DNA from: an uncultured Actinomycetota bacterium
GTDB lineage: Bacteria > Actinomycetota > Actinomycetes > JAHEKZ01
Direction of reading: 5' to 3'
NCBI GenBank assembly: GCA_963718235.1
Contig: CAVQYR010000002.1
Location: forward strand, 640,001 to 704,000
Length of the DNA stretch: 64,000 bases
Part shown: positions 17,471-28,799 of the stretch, piece after piece
How positions within the stretch are numbered: the stretch's first letter is position 1
Layout of the letters: each line of letters begins with the position of its first letter
Translations under genes and position numbers: made by a program
Notes under the pieces: model-generated
Database searches by the model: none
Told to the model about the DNA's origin: nothing
Seen by the model: the letters and a program-made list of their open reading frames with translations, nothing else

Positions 17471-19139
17471 GTGACTCCCGCCGAACTCGCCCTCGCCGTA
17501 CGAGGTGCCCTCGAAGCCGCCTTGGCAGACGGTGATCTCGTCGTCACCGACCCCGTGTCGACGGTCGAGGTGCGGGTCGAGCGACCCCGACAGAAGGACC
17601 ACGGTGACTACGCGACGAACCTCGCGCTCACCCTGGCCAAGGGCGCTGGTCGTCCTCCGCGGGAGGTCGCCGAGGTCCTGGCCGCCCACCTGTCGAGGGT
17701 GCCCGGCGTGGCCCGGGTCGACGTGGCCGGTCCAGGCTTCCTGAACATCACGCTGGACGCCGCCGCCCAAGGTGAGCTGGCCCGGGTCATCGTCGGCGAG
17801 GGCGCCCGCTACGGCAGCAACGAGACCCTCTCGGGCAGGCACATCAACCTGGAGTTCGTCTCCGCCAACCCGACGGGTCCGATTCACCTGGGCGGCACGC
17901 GATGGGCGGCGGTCGGGGACTCGCTGGCTCGGATCCTCGCCGCCAGTGGGGCGAAGGTCGCCCGCGAGTACTACTTCAACGACCACGGGGCGCAGATCGA
18001 CCGCTTCGCGCGGTCACTTGCTGGCTCGCGCACAGGGTGCCGACGTCCCGGAAGACGGTTACGCGGGCCAGTACATCGACGACATCGCGGGGCGCGTCGT
18101 GGCCGCCGTCCCTGATGTGTTGGACCTGCCGACTGCCGAGGCTCAGGAAGTCTTTCGTGTGCAGGGCGTCTCGATGATGTTCGACGAGATCAAGGAAACC
18201 CTGGCCGACTTCGGCGTCCACTTCGACGTCTACTTCCACGAGAACTCCCTGCACGAGTCAGGAGCGGTCCAGCATGCTGTCGATCGGCTCCGTGAGCTCG
18301 GGCACATCTATGAGAGCGACGGTGCGGTCTGGCTGCGTACCAGCGCCTTCGGGGACGACAAGGACCGCGTCGTCATCAAGGGTGACGGAACGCCCGCCTA
18401 CATCTCCGGCGACCTCGCCTACTACCTCGACAAGCGCGAGCGCGGCTTCGACCAGGTGATCATCATGCTCGGCGCGGACCATCATGGGTACATCGGGCGA
18501 ATGATGGCCATGTGCCGGTGTTTCGGCGACACGCCCCACGAGAACCTCGAGATCCTGATCGGGCAGATGGTCAACCTCGTGCGCGACGGCAAGCCCCTTC
18601 GGATGAGCAAGCGGGCAGGCACGGTCGTGACGCTCGAAGACCTGGTCGACGCGGTCGGTGTCGACGCGGCGCGCTACGCGCTGACCCGGTCGTCGGCTGA
18701 CTCCTCGATCGACATCGACCTCGACCTGTTGGCGCGACAGACCAACGACAACCCGGTCTTCTACGTGCAGTACGCCCATGCGCGGATCTCGTCGTTGCTG
18801 CGCAACGCCGGCGACCTCGGGCTCACCGTCGACCTCGACGGCTTCCGGCCGGAGCTGCTGAGCACCGACCAGGAGGGCGCCCTGCTCGGAGCACTCGGGG
18901 AGTTCCCGCGGGTCGTGGCGTCGGCAGCAGAGCTCCGCGAGCCGCACCGGGTCGCTCGCTACCTGGAGGGGCTGGCCACCGCCTACCACCGCTTCTACGA
19001 CACCTGCCGGGTCCTGCCCCGTGGCGACGAGGTCGTCGACGACACGATGCGCGCTCGCCTCGTGCTCACCGCGGCGACCCGCCAGGTCCTGGCCAACGGG
19101 CTCGAGCTGCTCGGAGTCAGCGCTCCCGAGCGGATGTAG
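17471..19139 (+). CDS. argS: Arginine--tRNA ligase (apparent +1 frameshift at ~18017-18019)
   Basis: [29 protein letters not shown] in one frame; [33 protein letters not shown] in the next frame. Confidence 0.95.
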
Positions 19140-19172
19140 CCCGTCACGCGTCGTGCGGCCTAGGGTCACCCC

Positions 19173-19550
19173 ATGGCCGACTTCGAGCCGGTGTTCCAGA
19201 CGCTTCGCGCCATCCTCGAGCCGTACGCCGAGGAGATGGAAGTCAACGCCGACACCCCGACCGAGTACGGGCTGCAGACCCACTGGCGCCGGCCCGAGGA
19301 CGGCTACCCGGGGTACTTCGGGTCGGTCAGGAGGGGCAAGCGCTACGTGTCCTTCCACCTGATGCCCGTCTATGCGTTCCCAAACCTGCTCGAGGACGTC
19401 TCCCCGGATCTGCTCCGACGGATGCAGGGCAAGTCCTGCTTCAACTTCACCAGGACCGACGACGCGCTGTTCTCCGAGCTGAGGGCGCTCACCCAGCGAG
19501 GCTATGAGGCCTATGCATCAGCCGGACGGCTCGACGACGGGGGCCGCTGA
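19173..19550 (+). CDS. DUF1801/YdhG-like small protein
   Basis: FGSVRRGKRYVSFHLMPVY and RMQGKSCFNF motifs; TAGGGT-6nt-ATG. Confidence 0.65.
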   Translation: MADFEPVFQTLRAILEPYAEEMEVNADTPTEYGLQTHWRRPEDGYPGYFGSVRRGKRYVSFHLMPVYAFPNLLEDVSPDLLRRMQGKSCFNFTRTDDALFSELRALTQRGYEAYASAGRLDDGGR

Positions 19551-19562
19551 GAGACTGGGCGG

Positions 19563-21016
19563 ATGCGCGCCCACCCCGCCGGACCGTTGCACGCCGACCT
19601 CCTGAGCGAGCCGGGTCCGAGCAGCCCACCGGGCGACGTCAACGCACTGGGGGACGGGCTGTGGCCGGCCGCCACCGCGCGGTCGGACGCCGGTGAGCTG
19701 ACCCTGCACGGCCGCCCGGTCACGGACCTGGCGGGCACCTTCGGCTCCCCGGTCCTCCTCCTCGACGAGGCCGACTTCCGTCGTCGAGCACGGGAGTTCC
19801 ACGACGTGTTCGGGGCGAACGTCAACTACGCCGGCAAGGCCTTCCTGACCACCGACGTCGCGCGGTGGGTGGCCGAGTGCGGTCTGGGTCTCGATGTCGC
19901 CACCGGGGGAGAGCTGTCGGTAGCGCTTCGGGCCGGGTTCCCCCCGGACCGCTTGCTCATGCACGGCAACAACAAGTCGGTGGGTGAGCTGCGCAAGGCC
20001 CTGGAGGTGGGAGTCGGTCGGATCGTGGTCGACTCCTTCGAGGAGATCGACCGACTGACTGCGCTCGCCCGCGAGCACGGTGTCCGCCCCGCGTGCTGGT
20101 GCGAGTGACGGTCGGGGTCGAGGCCCACACCCACGAGTTCATCGCGACCGCCCATGAGGATCAGAAGTTCGGCTTCTCCCTCGTGGGTGGCGCGGCTGCC
20201 GAAGCCGTCGCTGCGGTCCTGGGGCAGCCGACGCTGCAGCTGGTGGGACTGCACTCACACATCGGGTCGCAGATCTTCGACACCTCCGGGTTCGAGGTGG
20301 CCGCCCATCGGGCGGTGGCGCTTCTGGCTTCGATCCGTGACCGGCACGGCGTCCAGCTTCCTGAGCTCAACCTCGGAGGCGGCCTGGGGATCGCCTACGT
20401 GGAGGGAGACGACCCGCTCGACCTGCGGCGGGTCGGGTCGCAGCTCGCGGACATCGTCGAACGCGAGTGCCGAGGGTTCGGGCTCGACGTCCCGACGCTC
20501 GTGGTCGAGCCGGGTCGGGCCATCGTCGGCCCGACCGCCCTGACCGTGTACGAGGTGGGCACGGTCAAGCCGGTCGAGCTCGATGGCGGGGTGGTGCGGC
20601 ACTACGTGAGTGTCGACGGCGGGATGAGTGACAACGTACGGACCGCTCTCTACGACGCGGAGTACACGACCGTGCTGGCGTCGCGACGTTCTTCGGCGGC
20701 ACCAGTGCTCTGCCGCGTCGTCGGCAAGCACTGTGAGACCGGAGACGTCGTGGTGCACCAGGCGTGGCTGCCGGGAGACATCGTCGCGGGTGACCTGCTC
20801 GCCGTGGCGGCTACCGGTGCCTACTGCCGGTCGATGGCGTCGACCTACAACTTCCTCGGCCGGCCTCCGGTCGTGGCCGTGGACGACAGCGGACGACCGC
20901 CGAGGCTGCTCCTGAGGCGTGAGACCGTCGACGACCTGCTGGCCCTCGACGTGGGAGCACAGGCGCCCATGGGAGGCTTGGCCCCTGACGAGTCCCACGT
21001 GGGAGGCAGAGCATGA
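19563..21016 (+). CDS. lysA: Diaminopimelate decarboxylase (apparent -1 frameshift at the C4 run 20087-20090)
   Basis: YAGKAF, HGNNKS, then [48 protein letters not shown] in the shifted frame. Confidence 0.95.
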
Positions 21017-22311
21017 GCGGCCGGGCCCTGACCGTTGCGCTGCTGGGCGCCGGAGTCGTCGGGTCGGAGGTCGCCCGACTGCTCGTCGAGCAGCGCGACG
21101 ACCTCACCGCCCGGGTCGGGGCCCCCCTGGACCTCGTGGGGATCGGCGTCCGGAGGCTCGACGTCGACCGCCGCCTGGACGTCGACCCCGGCCTGTTCAC
21201 CTCCGACCTGGTCGGGCTCATCCGTGACCGCCGCCCCGACATCGTGGTCGAGGTGCTCGGGGGCATCGAGCCGGCGCGGACGCTGATCCTCGAGGCGTTC
21301 GGGGTCGGCGCCGGTGTCGTGACCGCGAACAAAGCCCTCCTCGCCGAGGACGGCCCCGTGCTCTACGAGGCATCGGCCCGGGAACGACTCGACCTCTACT
21401 ACGAGGCGAGCGTGGCCGGGGCCATCCCCCTGCTGCGTCCGCTGCGCGAGTCGCTCGTGGGCGACCGGGTCCAGCGAGTGCTGGGCATCGTCAACGGGAC
21501 CACGAACTACATCCTGACCAGGATGGACGAGTCGGGCGCCGCCTTCGCCGATGCCCTGTCCGAGGCGCAGGCGCTCGGCTACGCCGAGGCCGACCCGACC
21601 GCCGACATCGAGGGGTACGACGCTGCCGCAAAGGCCGCGATCATCGCTGCGCTCGCGTTCCACTCACGGGTGGGGATCTCCGACGTCTACCGCGAGGGCA
21701 TCAGCGGCGTCACCGCGAACGACGTGGCCGCCGCCCGGGAGACCGGACACGTGATCAAGCTGCTGGCCATCGCCGAGCGCTCCCTCGACGGGCGGGGGAT
21801 CAGCGTGCGGGTCCACCCGGCGATGGTTCCGCGGACGCACCCGCTGGCCGGGGTACGCGACGCCTACAACGCCGTGTTCGTCGAGTCCGAGGCGGCTGGC
21901 CAGCTGATGTTCTACGGGCGCGGCGCCGGCGGTGCTCCAACGGCGTCGGCCGTGCTGGGTGACATCGTGGCCGTCGCACGCAACCGGATCAGCGGGGGCC
22001 ACGGGCCGCGTGAGTCCTCCTACGCGGCGCTCCCCGTGCTGGAGGTGGGAGCCTCGACGACCCGGTACTACGTGGCGGTCGACGTCGCAGACAAGACGGG
22101 AGTGCTGGCGGCCGTGGCCCATGCATTCGCTGAGCACAGCGTCAGCATCGAGACCCTGCGGCAGGACGGTCACGGTGACGAGGCCACCTTGCAGATCGTC
22201 ACGCACGAGGCCAGGGAGTCCGACCTCGCCGCCACCGTCGAGACGCTGCGCGGGCTCGACGTCGTCCGTTCGGTTGCGTCGGTCATGCGCGTGGTGGGTG
22301 AGCACCAGTGA
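21013..22311 (+). CDS. hom: Homoserine dehydrogenase with C-terminal ACT domain
   Basis: [56 protein letters not shown]. Confidence 0.97.
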   Translation: MSGRALTVALLGAGVVGSEVARLLVEQRDDLTARVGAPLDLVGIGVRRLDVDRRLDVDPGLFTSDLVGLIRDRRPDIVVEVLGGIEPARTLILEAFGVGAGVVTANKALLAEDGPVLYEASARERLDLYYEASVAGAIPLLRPLRESLVGDRVQRVLGIVNGTTNYILTRMDESGAAFADALSEAQALGYAEADPTADIEGYDAAAKAAIIAALAFHSRVGISDVYREGISGVTANDVAAARETGHVIKLLAIAERSLDGRGISVRVHPAMVPRTHPLAGVRDAYNAVFVESEAAGQLMFYGRGAGGAPTASAVLGDIVAVARNRISGGHGPRESSYAALPVLEVGASTTRYYVAVDVADKTGVLAAVAHAFAEHSVSIETLRQDGHGDEATLQIVTHEARESDLAATVETLRGLDVVRSVASVMRVVGEHQ

Positions 22312-23399
22312 GCTCCGCAGAGGTTCGGGCCATGGGACGCACCCACCAGTGGCGTGGGGTCATCGCCGAGTACCGCCAGCGACTCCCGGTCAGCGACTCG
22401 ACGCCGGTGGTCAGCCTGTGTGAGGGCGGCACTCCGCTCGTCCGGGCCAACGTCGTCAGTGAGCTCACCGCCTGTGAGGTGTGGCTCAAGGTCGAAGGGG
22501 CCAACCCGACCGGGTCGTTCAAGGACCGCGGCATGACCCTGGCGATCTCGAAGGCAGCCGAGCAGGGAGCCCAGGCGGTGATCTGCGCCTCGACGGGCAA
22601 CACCAGCGCGAGTGCGGCCGCCTACGCGGTCCGGGCCGGCATGGTGTGCGCCGTCCTGGTCCCATCCGGCAAGATCGCCCTCGGCAAGCTGTCCCAGGCC
22701 CTGGCCCACGGCGCCAAGCTGTTGCAGGTCGACGGCAACTTCGACGAGTGCCTGACCTTGGCCCGAGAGCTCTCCGAGCAGTACCCCGTTGCGCTGGTCA
22801 ACAGCGTGAACCCGGTCCGCATCGAGGGGCAGAAGACTGCAGCCTTCGAGATCGTCGACATGTTGGGTGATGCACCCGACATCCATGCCCTCCCGGTGGG
22901 CAACGCAGGCAACATCACCGCCTACTGGCGCGGCTACTGCGAGTACGCCGCCGACGCGGTCAGCAGCCGTCGACCCCGGATGTGGGGCTACCAGGCGGCC
23001 GGTGCCGCCCCGATCGTTCTCGGGGAGCCGGTCGCCCGTCCGTCGACCATTGCCACGGCGATCCGGATCGGCAACCCGGCCTCGTGGTCCTACGCGGTGG
23101 CCGCCCGCGACGAGTCCGAGGGCCACATCCACTCGGTCACCGACCGGGAGATCCTCAACGCCTACCGCCTGCTCGCCTCGCAGGAGGGCGTGTTCGTCGA
23201 ACCGGCGTCGGGGGCCAGCGTCGCAGGCATCCTCAAGTCGCACGCGGCGGGGCTCCTCGACCCCGGGCAGACGGTGGTCTGCACGGTGACCGGCCACGGC
23301 CTCAAGGACCCGGACTGGGCGATCTCGGGCGCCCCGCAGCCGGTGACCGTGGCCGCCGAGCCACGGGCCGCCGCCGCGGCGCTCGGGCTGGAGGGCTAG
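22308..23399 (+). CDS. thrC: Threonine synthase
   Basis: [47 protein letters not shown]. Confidence 0.97.
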   Translation: MSSAEVRAMGRTHQWRGVIAEYRQRLPVSDSTPVVSLCEGGTPLVRANVVSELTACEVWLKVEGANPTGSFKDRGMTLAISKAAEQGAQAVICASTGNTSASAAAYAVRAGMVCAVLVPSGKIALGKLSQALAHGAKLLQVDGNFDECLTLARELSEQYPVALVNSVNPVRIEGQKTAAFEIVDMLGDAPDIHALPVGNAGNITAYWRGYCEYAADAVSSRRPRMWGYQAAGAAPIVLGEPVARPSTIATAIRIGNPASWSYAVAARDESEGHIHSVTDREILNAYRLLASQEGVFVEPASGASVAGILKSHAAGLLDPGQTVVCTVTGHGLKDPDWAISGAPQPVTVAAEPRAAAAALGLEG

Positions 23400-23410
23400 T
23401 GGGGGCGCCG

Positions 23411-24310
23411 ATGTTCCGTGCCGCCACGTTGCGGGTGCGGGTTCCTGCGTCCAGCGCCAACCTGGGTCCCGGTTACGACACGTTCGGGCTGGCACTGGCT
23501 CTCCACGACGAGGTCGTCGTGCGGGTCGGTGAGGACGGCCTGGACGTCGACGTCGCAGGGGAGGGCGCGGAGAAGGTCCGCCGCGACCGTCGCAACCTGG
23601 TCGTGAAGTCCATGGACAAGGCGTTCGCCGCGCTGGGTGGTCGTCCCCGGGGCCTGGAGGTGCGGTGCCTGAACCGGATCCCGCACGGGCGGGGTCTTGG
23701 CTCCTCGGCCGCGGCCGTGGTCGCCGGCATCACGGCGGCGCGGGCACTGACCGTGGGTGGCGACGAGCGGCTGCCGGAGTCGGCCGTCCTGGCGCTGGCG
23801 GCTTCGATGGAGGGCCACCCGGACAACGTCGCCGCCACGCTCTCGGGAGGGTTCACCCTCGCATGGACGAGTGACTCCGAGGTGCGCAGCCTGTCGCTTC
23901 GTCCGTCGCCACACGTGGTGCCGGTGGCCTTCATCCCGGCCACGCAGGTGCCGACCACCAAGGCACGTAGGGCGCTTCCGGAGCTCGTGCCGCACCAGGA
24001 CGCCGCAACCAACAGCGCACGCGCGGCGCTGCTGGTCGAGGCCATCACCCATCGTCCGGACCTGCTCCTCACAGCGACCGAGGACCTGCTCCATCAGGAG
24101 TACCGGCGGTCGGTGATGCCGCGATCGCTCGCGCTGGTCGACCAGCTGCGGGCGGCCGGCCACCCCGCGGTGGTGTCCGGGGCGGGGCCGTCGGTGCTGG
24201 TCCTCGCTGCTGACGAAGCGGTCGACGCTCTGCTCACCAAGGCTCCCCGGGGGTGGCGGGTCGAGGTGCTCGGCGTCGACAACGACGGCGTCCAGGTCCT
24301 GCCGCTGTGA
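23411..24310 (+). CDS. thrB: Homoserine kinase
   Basis: VPASSANLGPGYD, IPHGRGLGSSAA (GHMP), EGHPDN, SGAGPS. Confidence 0.96.
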   Translation: MFRAATLRVRVPASSANLGPGYDTFGLALALHDEVVVRVGEDGLDVDVAGEGAEKVRRDRRNLVVKSMDKAFAALGGRPRGLEVRCLNRIPHGRGLGSSAAAVVAGITAARALTVGGDERLPESAVLALAASMEGHPDNVAATLSGGFTLAWTSDSEVRSLSLRPSPHVVPVAFIPATQVPTTKARRALPELVPHQDAATNSARAALLVEAITHRPDLLLTATEDLLHQEYRRSVMPRSLALVDQLRAAGHPAVVSGAGPSVLVLAADEAVDALLTKAPRGWRVEVLGVDNDGVQVLPL

Positions 24311-24405
24311 CCGGCGCCACGGCGTGCGGTCGACACCGCGCCACCCGTTCGGCCCACGACACGACACCGGTTCGGACCCGGGGGGAAGGTCTGGGGCGCT
24401 CGAGG

Positions 24406-24414
24406 TGTTACGGT
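24406..24414 (+). promoter_or_regulatory. Putative extended -10 promoter of rho
   Basis: TG-T-TACGGT about 170 nt upstream of the rho start. Confidence 0.4.
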
Positions 24415-24583
24415 AGGTGCGTATCCCGGCACGGTTGATTCCTGCTGGTGGTACTCCCCGCCGCGACGCGATCGTTCTCGCGCCTCGCGGCCCCTGAACC
24501 CCCCGCCGTGCGGCCTGTCCGGCGTACCCGAGGGGTGCTTCGAAGGCGAGCGCTTTCTCGCCGTCCGCTCGGAAGGACTCTGT

Positions 24584-26402
24584 GTGAGCGACACCCAGCT
24601 CGACACCACGGCTGCCGACGCAGCCCCCGCCACGACCCGTGCTTCCGGCACGCGCAAGACCTCGACCGGCTCCCGCGGCAACGGTCTGTCGACCATGCTG
24701 CTGCCTGAGCTGCAGGCCATGGCCTCCGGACTCGGCATCAGCGGCACCGGCCGGATGCGCAAGAGCCAGCTGGTCGACGCGATCTCCGCGCACCAGGCCT
24801 CCAGCCGGGCGGCCCGCCCGGCCACCGACGCCGCGGGCGGTTCGGCGACCGACGCCGCAGCCGGTGCTGCATCCGGCAAGGCCACTGGTGCTCGGCGCGA
24901 GACCCGGTCCGACACCCCGCCGGAGAACCGGCCGGACACCTCCGCTGAAGGGCGCAGGGAGACCGCGTCGACCTCGGCCGGGCAGTCCGGGACCACCCAG
25001 CGACCCCCGCGCGAGCGCGGAACAGAGCAGCCAGCAGCAGACCCAGCAGCAGACCCAGCAGCAGACCCAGCAGCAGACCCAGCAGCAGACCCAGCAGCAG
25101 GGCGCCCGGGACGACGACTACGACAGCGGCGGCAGCCGCAGCAGCCGTCGGCGCCGCCGGGGTCGAGACCGCTACCGCGACCGCGACCGCGACCGGCGTC
25201 CCGCATCGGGGCGCGACCGGTACGACGCCGCCGAGCCGCAGCTCAACGAGGGCGACGTCGTGGTGCCCGTGGCCGGGATCCTCGACGTCCTCGACAACTA
25301 CGCGTTCGTCCGCACGTCGGGGTACCTATCCGGGCCCAACGACGTCTACGTCTCGTTGGCCCAGGTCCGCAAGCACGGCCTGCGTCGCGGCGACGCGATC
25401 ACCGGCGCGGTGCGCCAACAGGCCGAGGGCGAGCGACGCGAGAAGTTCAACGCGCTCGTGCGGCTCGACACCGTCAACGGCCTGGAGCCCGATGCCGCCC
25501 GTCAGCGGGCCGACTTCTCCAAGCTCACCCCGCTGTACCCGCAGGAGCGACTGCGACTCGAGACCGAGCCCCAGCTGCTGACGACCCGGGTCATCGACCT
25601 GGTGGCGCCGATCGGCAAGGGCCAGCGCGGTCTGATCGTGTCTCCGCCCAAGGCCGGCAAGACCATGGTGCTCCAGTCGATCGCCAACGCGATCACGACG
25701 AACAACCCTGAGGTCCACCTCATGGTCGTCCTCGTCGACGAACGCCCCGAAGAGGTCACCGACATGCAGCGCACGGTGAAGGGTGAGGTCATCGCCTCCA
25801 CCTTCGACCGTCCGGCGGAGGACCACACGACCGTGGCCGAGCTCGCGATCGAGCGGGCGAAGCGGCTGGTCGAGATGGGCCACGACGTCGTCGTGCTGCT
25901 CGACTCGATCACCCGCCTCGGCCGGGCGTACAACCTGGCGGCGCCGGCATCGGGTCGCATCCTGTCCGGTGGTGTCGACTCCTCGGCGCTGTACCCGCCC
26001 AAGCGGTTCTTCGGTGCTGCGCGCAACATCGAGCACGGTGGTTCGTTGACCGTGCTCGCGACGGCGCTCGTGGAGACCGGGTCCAAGATGGACGAAGTCA
26101 TCTTCGAGGAGTTCAAGGGCACCGGAAACATGGAGCTCAAGCTCGACCGGAAGCTGGCGGACAAGCGCGTCTTCCCTGCGGTCGACGTCGACCCGTCCGG
26201 CACCCGCAAAGAGGAGCTGCTCCTCGGAGCTGACGAGCTCAAGGTGGTCTGGAAGCTTCGTCGGGTCCTGCACGCACTCGACGGCCAGCAGTCGATCGAG
26301 CTGCTGCTGAACAAGCTGCGTGAGACCAAGAGCAACGCCGAGTTCCTGATGCAGGTGCAGAAGACCACCCCCGGTGGCCTGGCAGCCAGCGACGACGACT
26401 GA
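24584..26402 (+). CDS. rho: Transcription termination factor Rho with long N-terminal insertion (apparent +1 frameshift near 25000-25032)
   Basis: N-terminal helical bundle [28 protein letters not shown] in one frame; [45 protein letters not shown] in the next. Confidence 0.97.
25032..25100 (+). repeat. 12-bp tandem repeat CAGCAGCAGACC x5.75 encoding (QQQT)5QQQ in Rho
   Basis: Directly visible perfect tandem array. Confidence 0.95.
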
Positions 26403-26454
26403 GCCGGTCAGCGCGGCATTTGGACCTGAGGTTCTCGGCTGGAATACTTGGCCG

Positions 26455-26505
26455 ACCGGCTCCGGTTCACGGTGTGGGCAGTCGGCCCCCATCGACCCGG
26501 CGGCT
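26455..26505 (+). ncRNA. Candidate L31 ribosomal-protein leader RNA (actinobacterial type)
   Basis: CCGGTTCAC...hairpin...GACCCGG immediately upstream of rpmE; resemblance recalled from known actinobacterial L31 leaders, not searched. Confidence 0.45.
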
Positions 26506-26525
26506 GTCATCGACGAGGAGATCCC

Positions 26526-26732
26526 GTGAAGCCCGACATTCACCCGACGTACGTGAACACCGAGGTCACCTGTACCTGTGGCAACACGTTCACGACCCGC
26601 AGCACCGCCAAGAACGGCGTGATCCACGCTGATGTCTGCAGCAGCTGCCACCCGTTCTACACGGGCAAGCAGAAGATCCTGGACACCGGCGGCCGGGTCG
26701 CCCGCTTCGAGAAGCGGTACGGCAAGAAGTAG
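26526..26732 (+). CDS. rpmE: 50S ribosomal protein L31 (Zn-binding type)
   Basis: [31 protein letters not shown]. Confidence 0.97.
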   Translation: MKPDIHPTYVNTEVTCTCGNTFTTRSTAKNGVIHADVCSSCHPFYTGKQKILDTGGRVARFEKRYGKK

Positions 26733-26807
26733 CGACGTCGACGGCGTCGGTCGGGCGAACCGCCCGCACCGGCGCCGTTCGCTTTGCCCGGATCGCGAGG
26801 AGGCCCC

Positions 26808-27881
26808 ATGTTCGAGCAGGTCGAGACGCTCGTCACCGAGCGCGCCGAGCTCGAACGGCGCCTGACCGACCCCGCGGTCCACGCCGACCAGGGGCTGGCC
26901 CGACGGCTGGGCCGACGCTATGCCGAGCTCGGTCCAGTGGTCTCCACCTACCTCGAGTGGCGCGAGGTCGGAGGCGATCTCCAGGCCGCCGAGGAGCTGG
27001 TCGGCGCCGATGCGTCGTTCCGCGACGAGGCCGACGCGTTGACCCGCCGTCAGGCCGAGCTCGGGGAACAGCTGCGACGCCTGCTCCTGCCCCGTGACCC
27101 GCACGACGCCAAGGACGTCATCGTGGAGGTCAAGGCCGGGGAGGGTGGCGAGGAGTCGGCGCTGTTCGCCGGCGACCTCCTGCGGATGTACCTGCGCTAC
27201 GCCGAGCGCCGTGGGTGGCAGTCGGAGGTCCTTTCGGCGACCGAGTCCGACCTCGGCGGCTACAAGGACGTCGCCGTCGCAGTGAAGTCCCGGGGGGTCC
27301 CCGAGGGCGGACACGGCGTGTGGTCCAGGCTGAAGTACGAGGGTGGGGTGCACCGGGTGCAGCGGGTGCCGGTCACCGAGAGCCAGGGTCGGATCCACAC
27401 CTCTGCCGCGGGCGTTCTCGTCCTGCCCGAGGCCGAGGACGTCGACGTCGAGATCGACCCGAACGACCTGCGGATCGACGTCTTCCGCAGCTCCGGACCC
27501 GGAGGGCAGAGCGTCAACACCACGGACTCCGCCGTTCGGATCACCCACGTGCCGAGCGGGATCGTGGTCAGCTGCCAGAACGAGAAGAGCCAGCTGCAGA
27601 ACAAGGAGCAGGCCATGCGCATCCTGCGGGCGCGGATGCTGGCCGTCGCCCAGGAGGAGGCCGACCGCGAGGCGGCCGACACCCGGCGGTCCCAGGTACG
27701 TACGGTCGACCGCTCCGAGCGCATCCGGACCTACAACTTCGCCGAGAACCGGATCGCCGACCACCGAGTCGGGTACAAGGCGTACAACCTCGACGCCGTG
27801 CTCGACGGCGACCTCGATGCGGTCATCGACGCCTGTGTCGATGCCGACGAGCAGGCGAAGCTGACCGAGGGCGGACCGTGA
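26808..27881 (+). CDS. prfA: Peptide chain release factor 1
   Basis: [20 protein letters not shown] (PVT), [18 protein letters not shown]. Confidence 0.97.
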   Translation: MFEQVETLVTERAELERRLTDPAVHADQGLARRLGRRYAELGPVVSTYLEWREVGGDLQAAEELVGADASFRDEADALTRRQAELGEQLRRLLLPRDPHDAKDVIVEVKAGEGGEESALFAGDLLRMYLRYAERRGWQSEVLSATESDLGGYKDVAVAVKSRGVPEGGHGVWSRLKYEGGVHRVQRVPVTESQGRIHTSAAGVLVLPEAEDVDVEIDPNDLRIDVFRSSGPGGQSVNTTDSAVRITHVPSGIVVSCQNEKSQLQNKEQAMRILRARMLAVAQEEADREAADTRRSQVRTVDRSERIRTYNFAENRIADHRVGYKAYNLDAVLDGDLDAVIDACVDADEQAKLTEGGP

Positions 27882-27907
27882 CGTCGCGCCCCGTGACGTC
27901 GCGCCCT
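27878..27907 (+). repeat. 15-bp tandem duplication GTGACGTCGCGCCCY x2 at the prmC start
   Basis: gtgacgtcgcgcccc gtgacgtcgcgccct; encodes VTSRP twice. Confidence 0.8.
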
Positions 27908-28795
27908 GTGGCGGCCCGGGTCGGGGCGGCCGCGACCCTGCGCGCGGCCCTCGCCGAGGCCGACCAAGCGTTGGCCACAGCTGGGGTCGCGTCACCGCGG
28001 CCCGATGCCGAGGAGCTCGCGTCGCACCTGCTGGGAGTGGGCCGCGCCGAGCTGTGGCGGCACCTCGACGCCGCACCGCCGGCTGGGTTCGGCGACCTCG
28101 TCCAGCGGCGGGCCCTCAGGGTGCCGCTGCAGCACATCACCGGAACGGCGTACTTCCGCCACCTCACCCTCCATGTCGGTCCCGGGGTGTTCGTGCCGCG
28201 ACCGGAGACCGAGGTGGTGGTCGAGCACGCGATCGGGCTGGTGCGGTCGATGGCCGCCGTCCTGCGCGTCGGCCGTCCACTGGTCGCGGTCGACCTGGGC
28301 GCCGGGTCCGGGGCGATCGCCTTGTCCCTCGCCCACGAGGTGCCCGACCTGGAGGTCCATGCCGTGGAGGTCGACCCGGGGGTGATCCCGTGGCTGCGGC
28401 ACAACGCGATGGACACCCGCGTGCAGGTGCACGAGGAGGACCTGGCCGAGACGTTGCCCGGGGTCGACGGGCAGGTGGACCTCGTCGTCTCCAACCCCCC
28501 GTACATCCCGCGGGACGCCATCCCGCGCGACCCGGAGGTCGCTCGATTCGACCCCCCACAGGCCCTCTACTCCGGCATCGACGGGCTGGACCACCTGCGC
28601 GCCGTCGAGCGGGTGGCGCACCGGCTGCTCCGGCCCGGCGGGTACGTCGTCGCCGAGCACGCCGACCAGCAGGGACGCAGCGCCCCTCAGGTGTTCGCTT
28701 CCAGGCCCGGCTGGTCGGACGTCGAGGACCACCCGGACCTCCTGGGCCGGCCGCGCTACGTCGTCGCGCGCCGTGAGCGCTCCAGGGGAGACTGA
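27878..28795 (+). CDS. prmC: Release factor glutamine N5-methyltransferase
   Basis: [27 protein letters not shown]. Confidence 0.95.
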   Translation: MTSRPVTSRPVAARVGAAATLRAALAEADQALATAGVASPRPDAEELASHLLGVGRAELWRHLDAAPPAGFGDLVQRRALRVPLQHITGTAYFRHLTLHVGPGVFVPRPETEVVVEHAIGLVRSMAAVLRVGRPLVAVDLGAGSGAIALSLAHEVPDLEVHAVEVDPGVIPWLRHNAMDTRVQVHEEDLAETLPGVDGQVDLVVSNPPYIPRDAIPRDPEVARFDPPQALYSGIDGLDHLRAVERVAHRLLRPGGYVVAEHADQQGRSAPQVFASRPGWSDVEDHPDLLGRPRYVVARRERSRGD

Positions 28796-28799
28796 CATC

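Noticed and set aside
25032-25100. Repeat array as possible CRISPR
   Set aside because: Contiguous 12-bp units without spacers, inside rho; no cas genes
17471-26402. Programmed frameshifting or true pseudogenes in argS, lysA and rho
   Set aside because: No canonical slippery sites recognised, indels mostly in short homopolymers, no other decay; assembly error is more parsimonious
25326-28076. 916-aa minus-strand ORF (similar long ORFs at 44654-46849, 6990-8834, 35317-36786, 56288-57775)
   Set aside because: Antisense shadows of real genes, expected in high-GC DNA; no recognisable motifs
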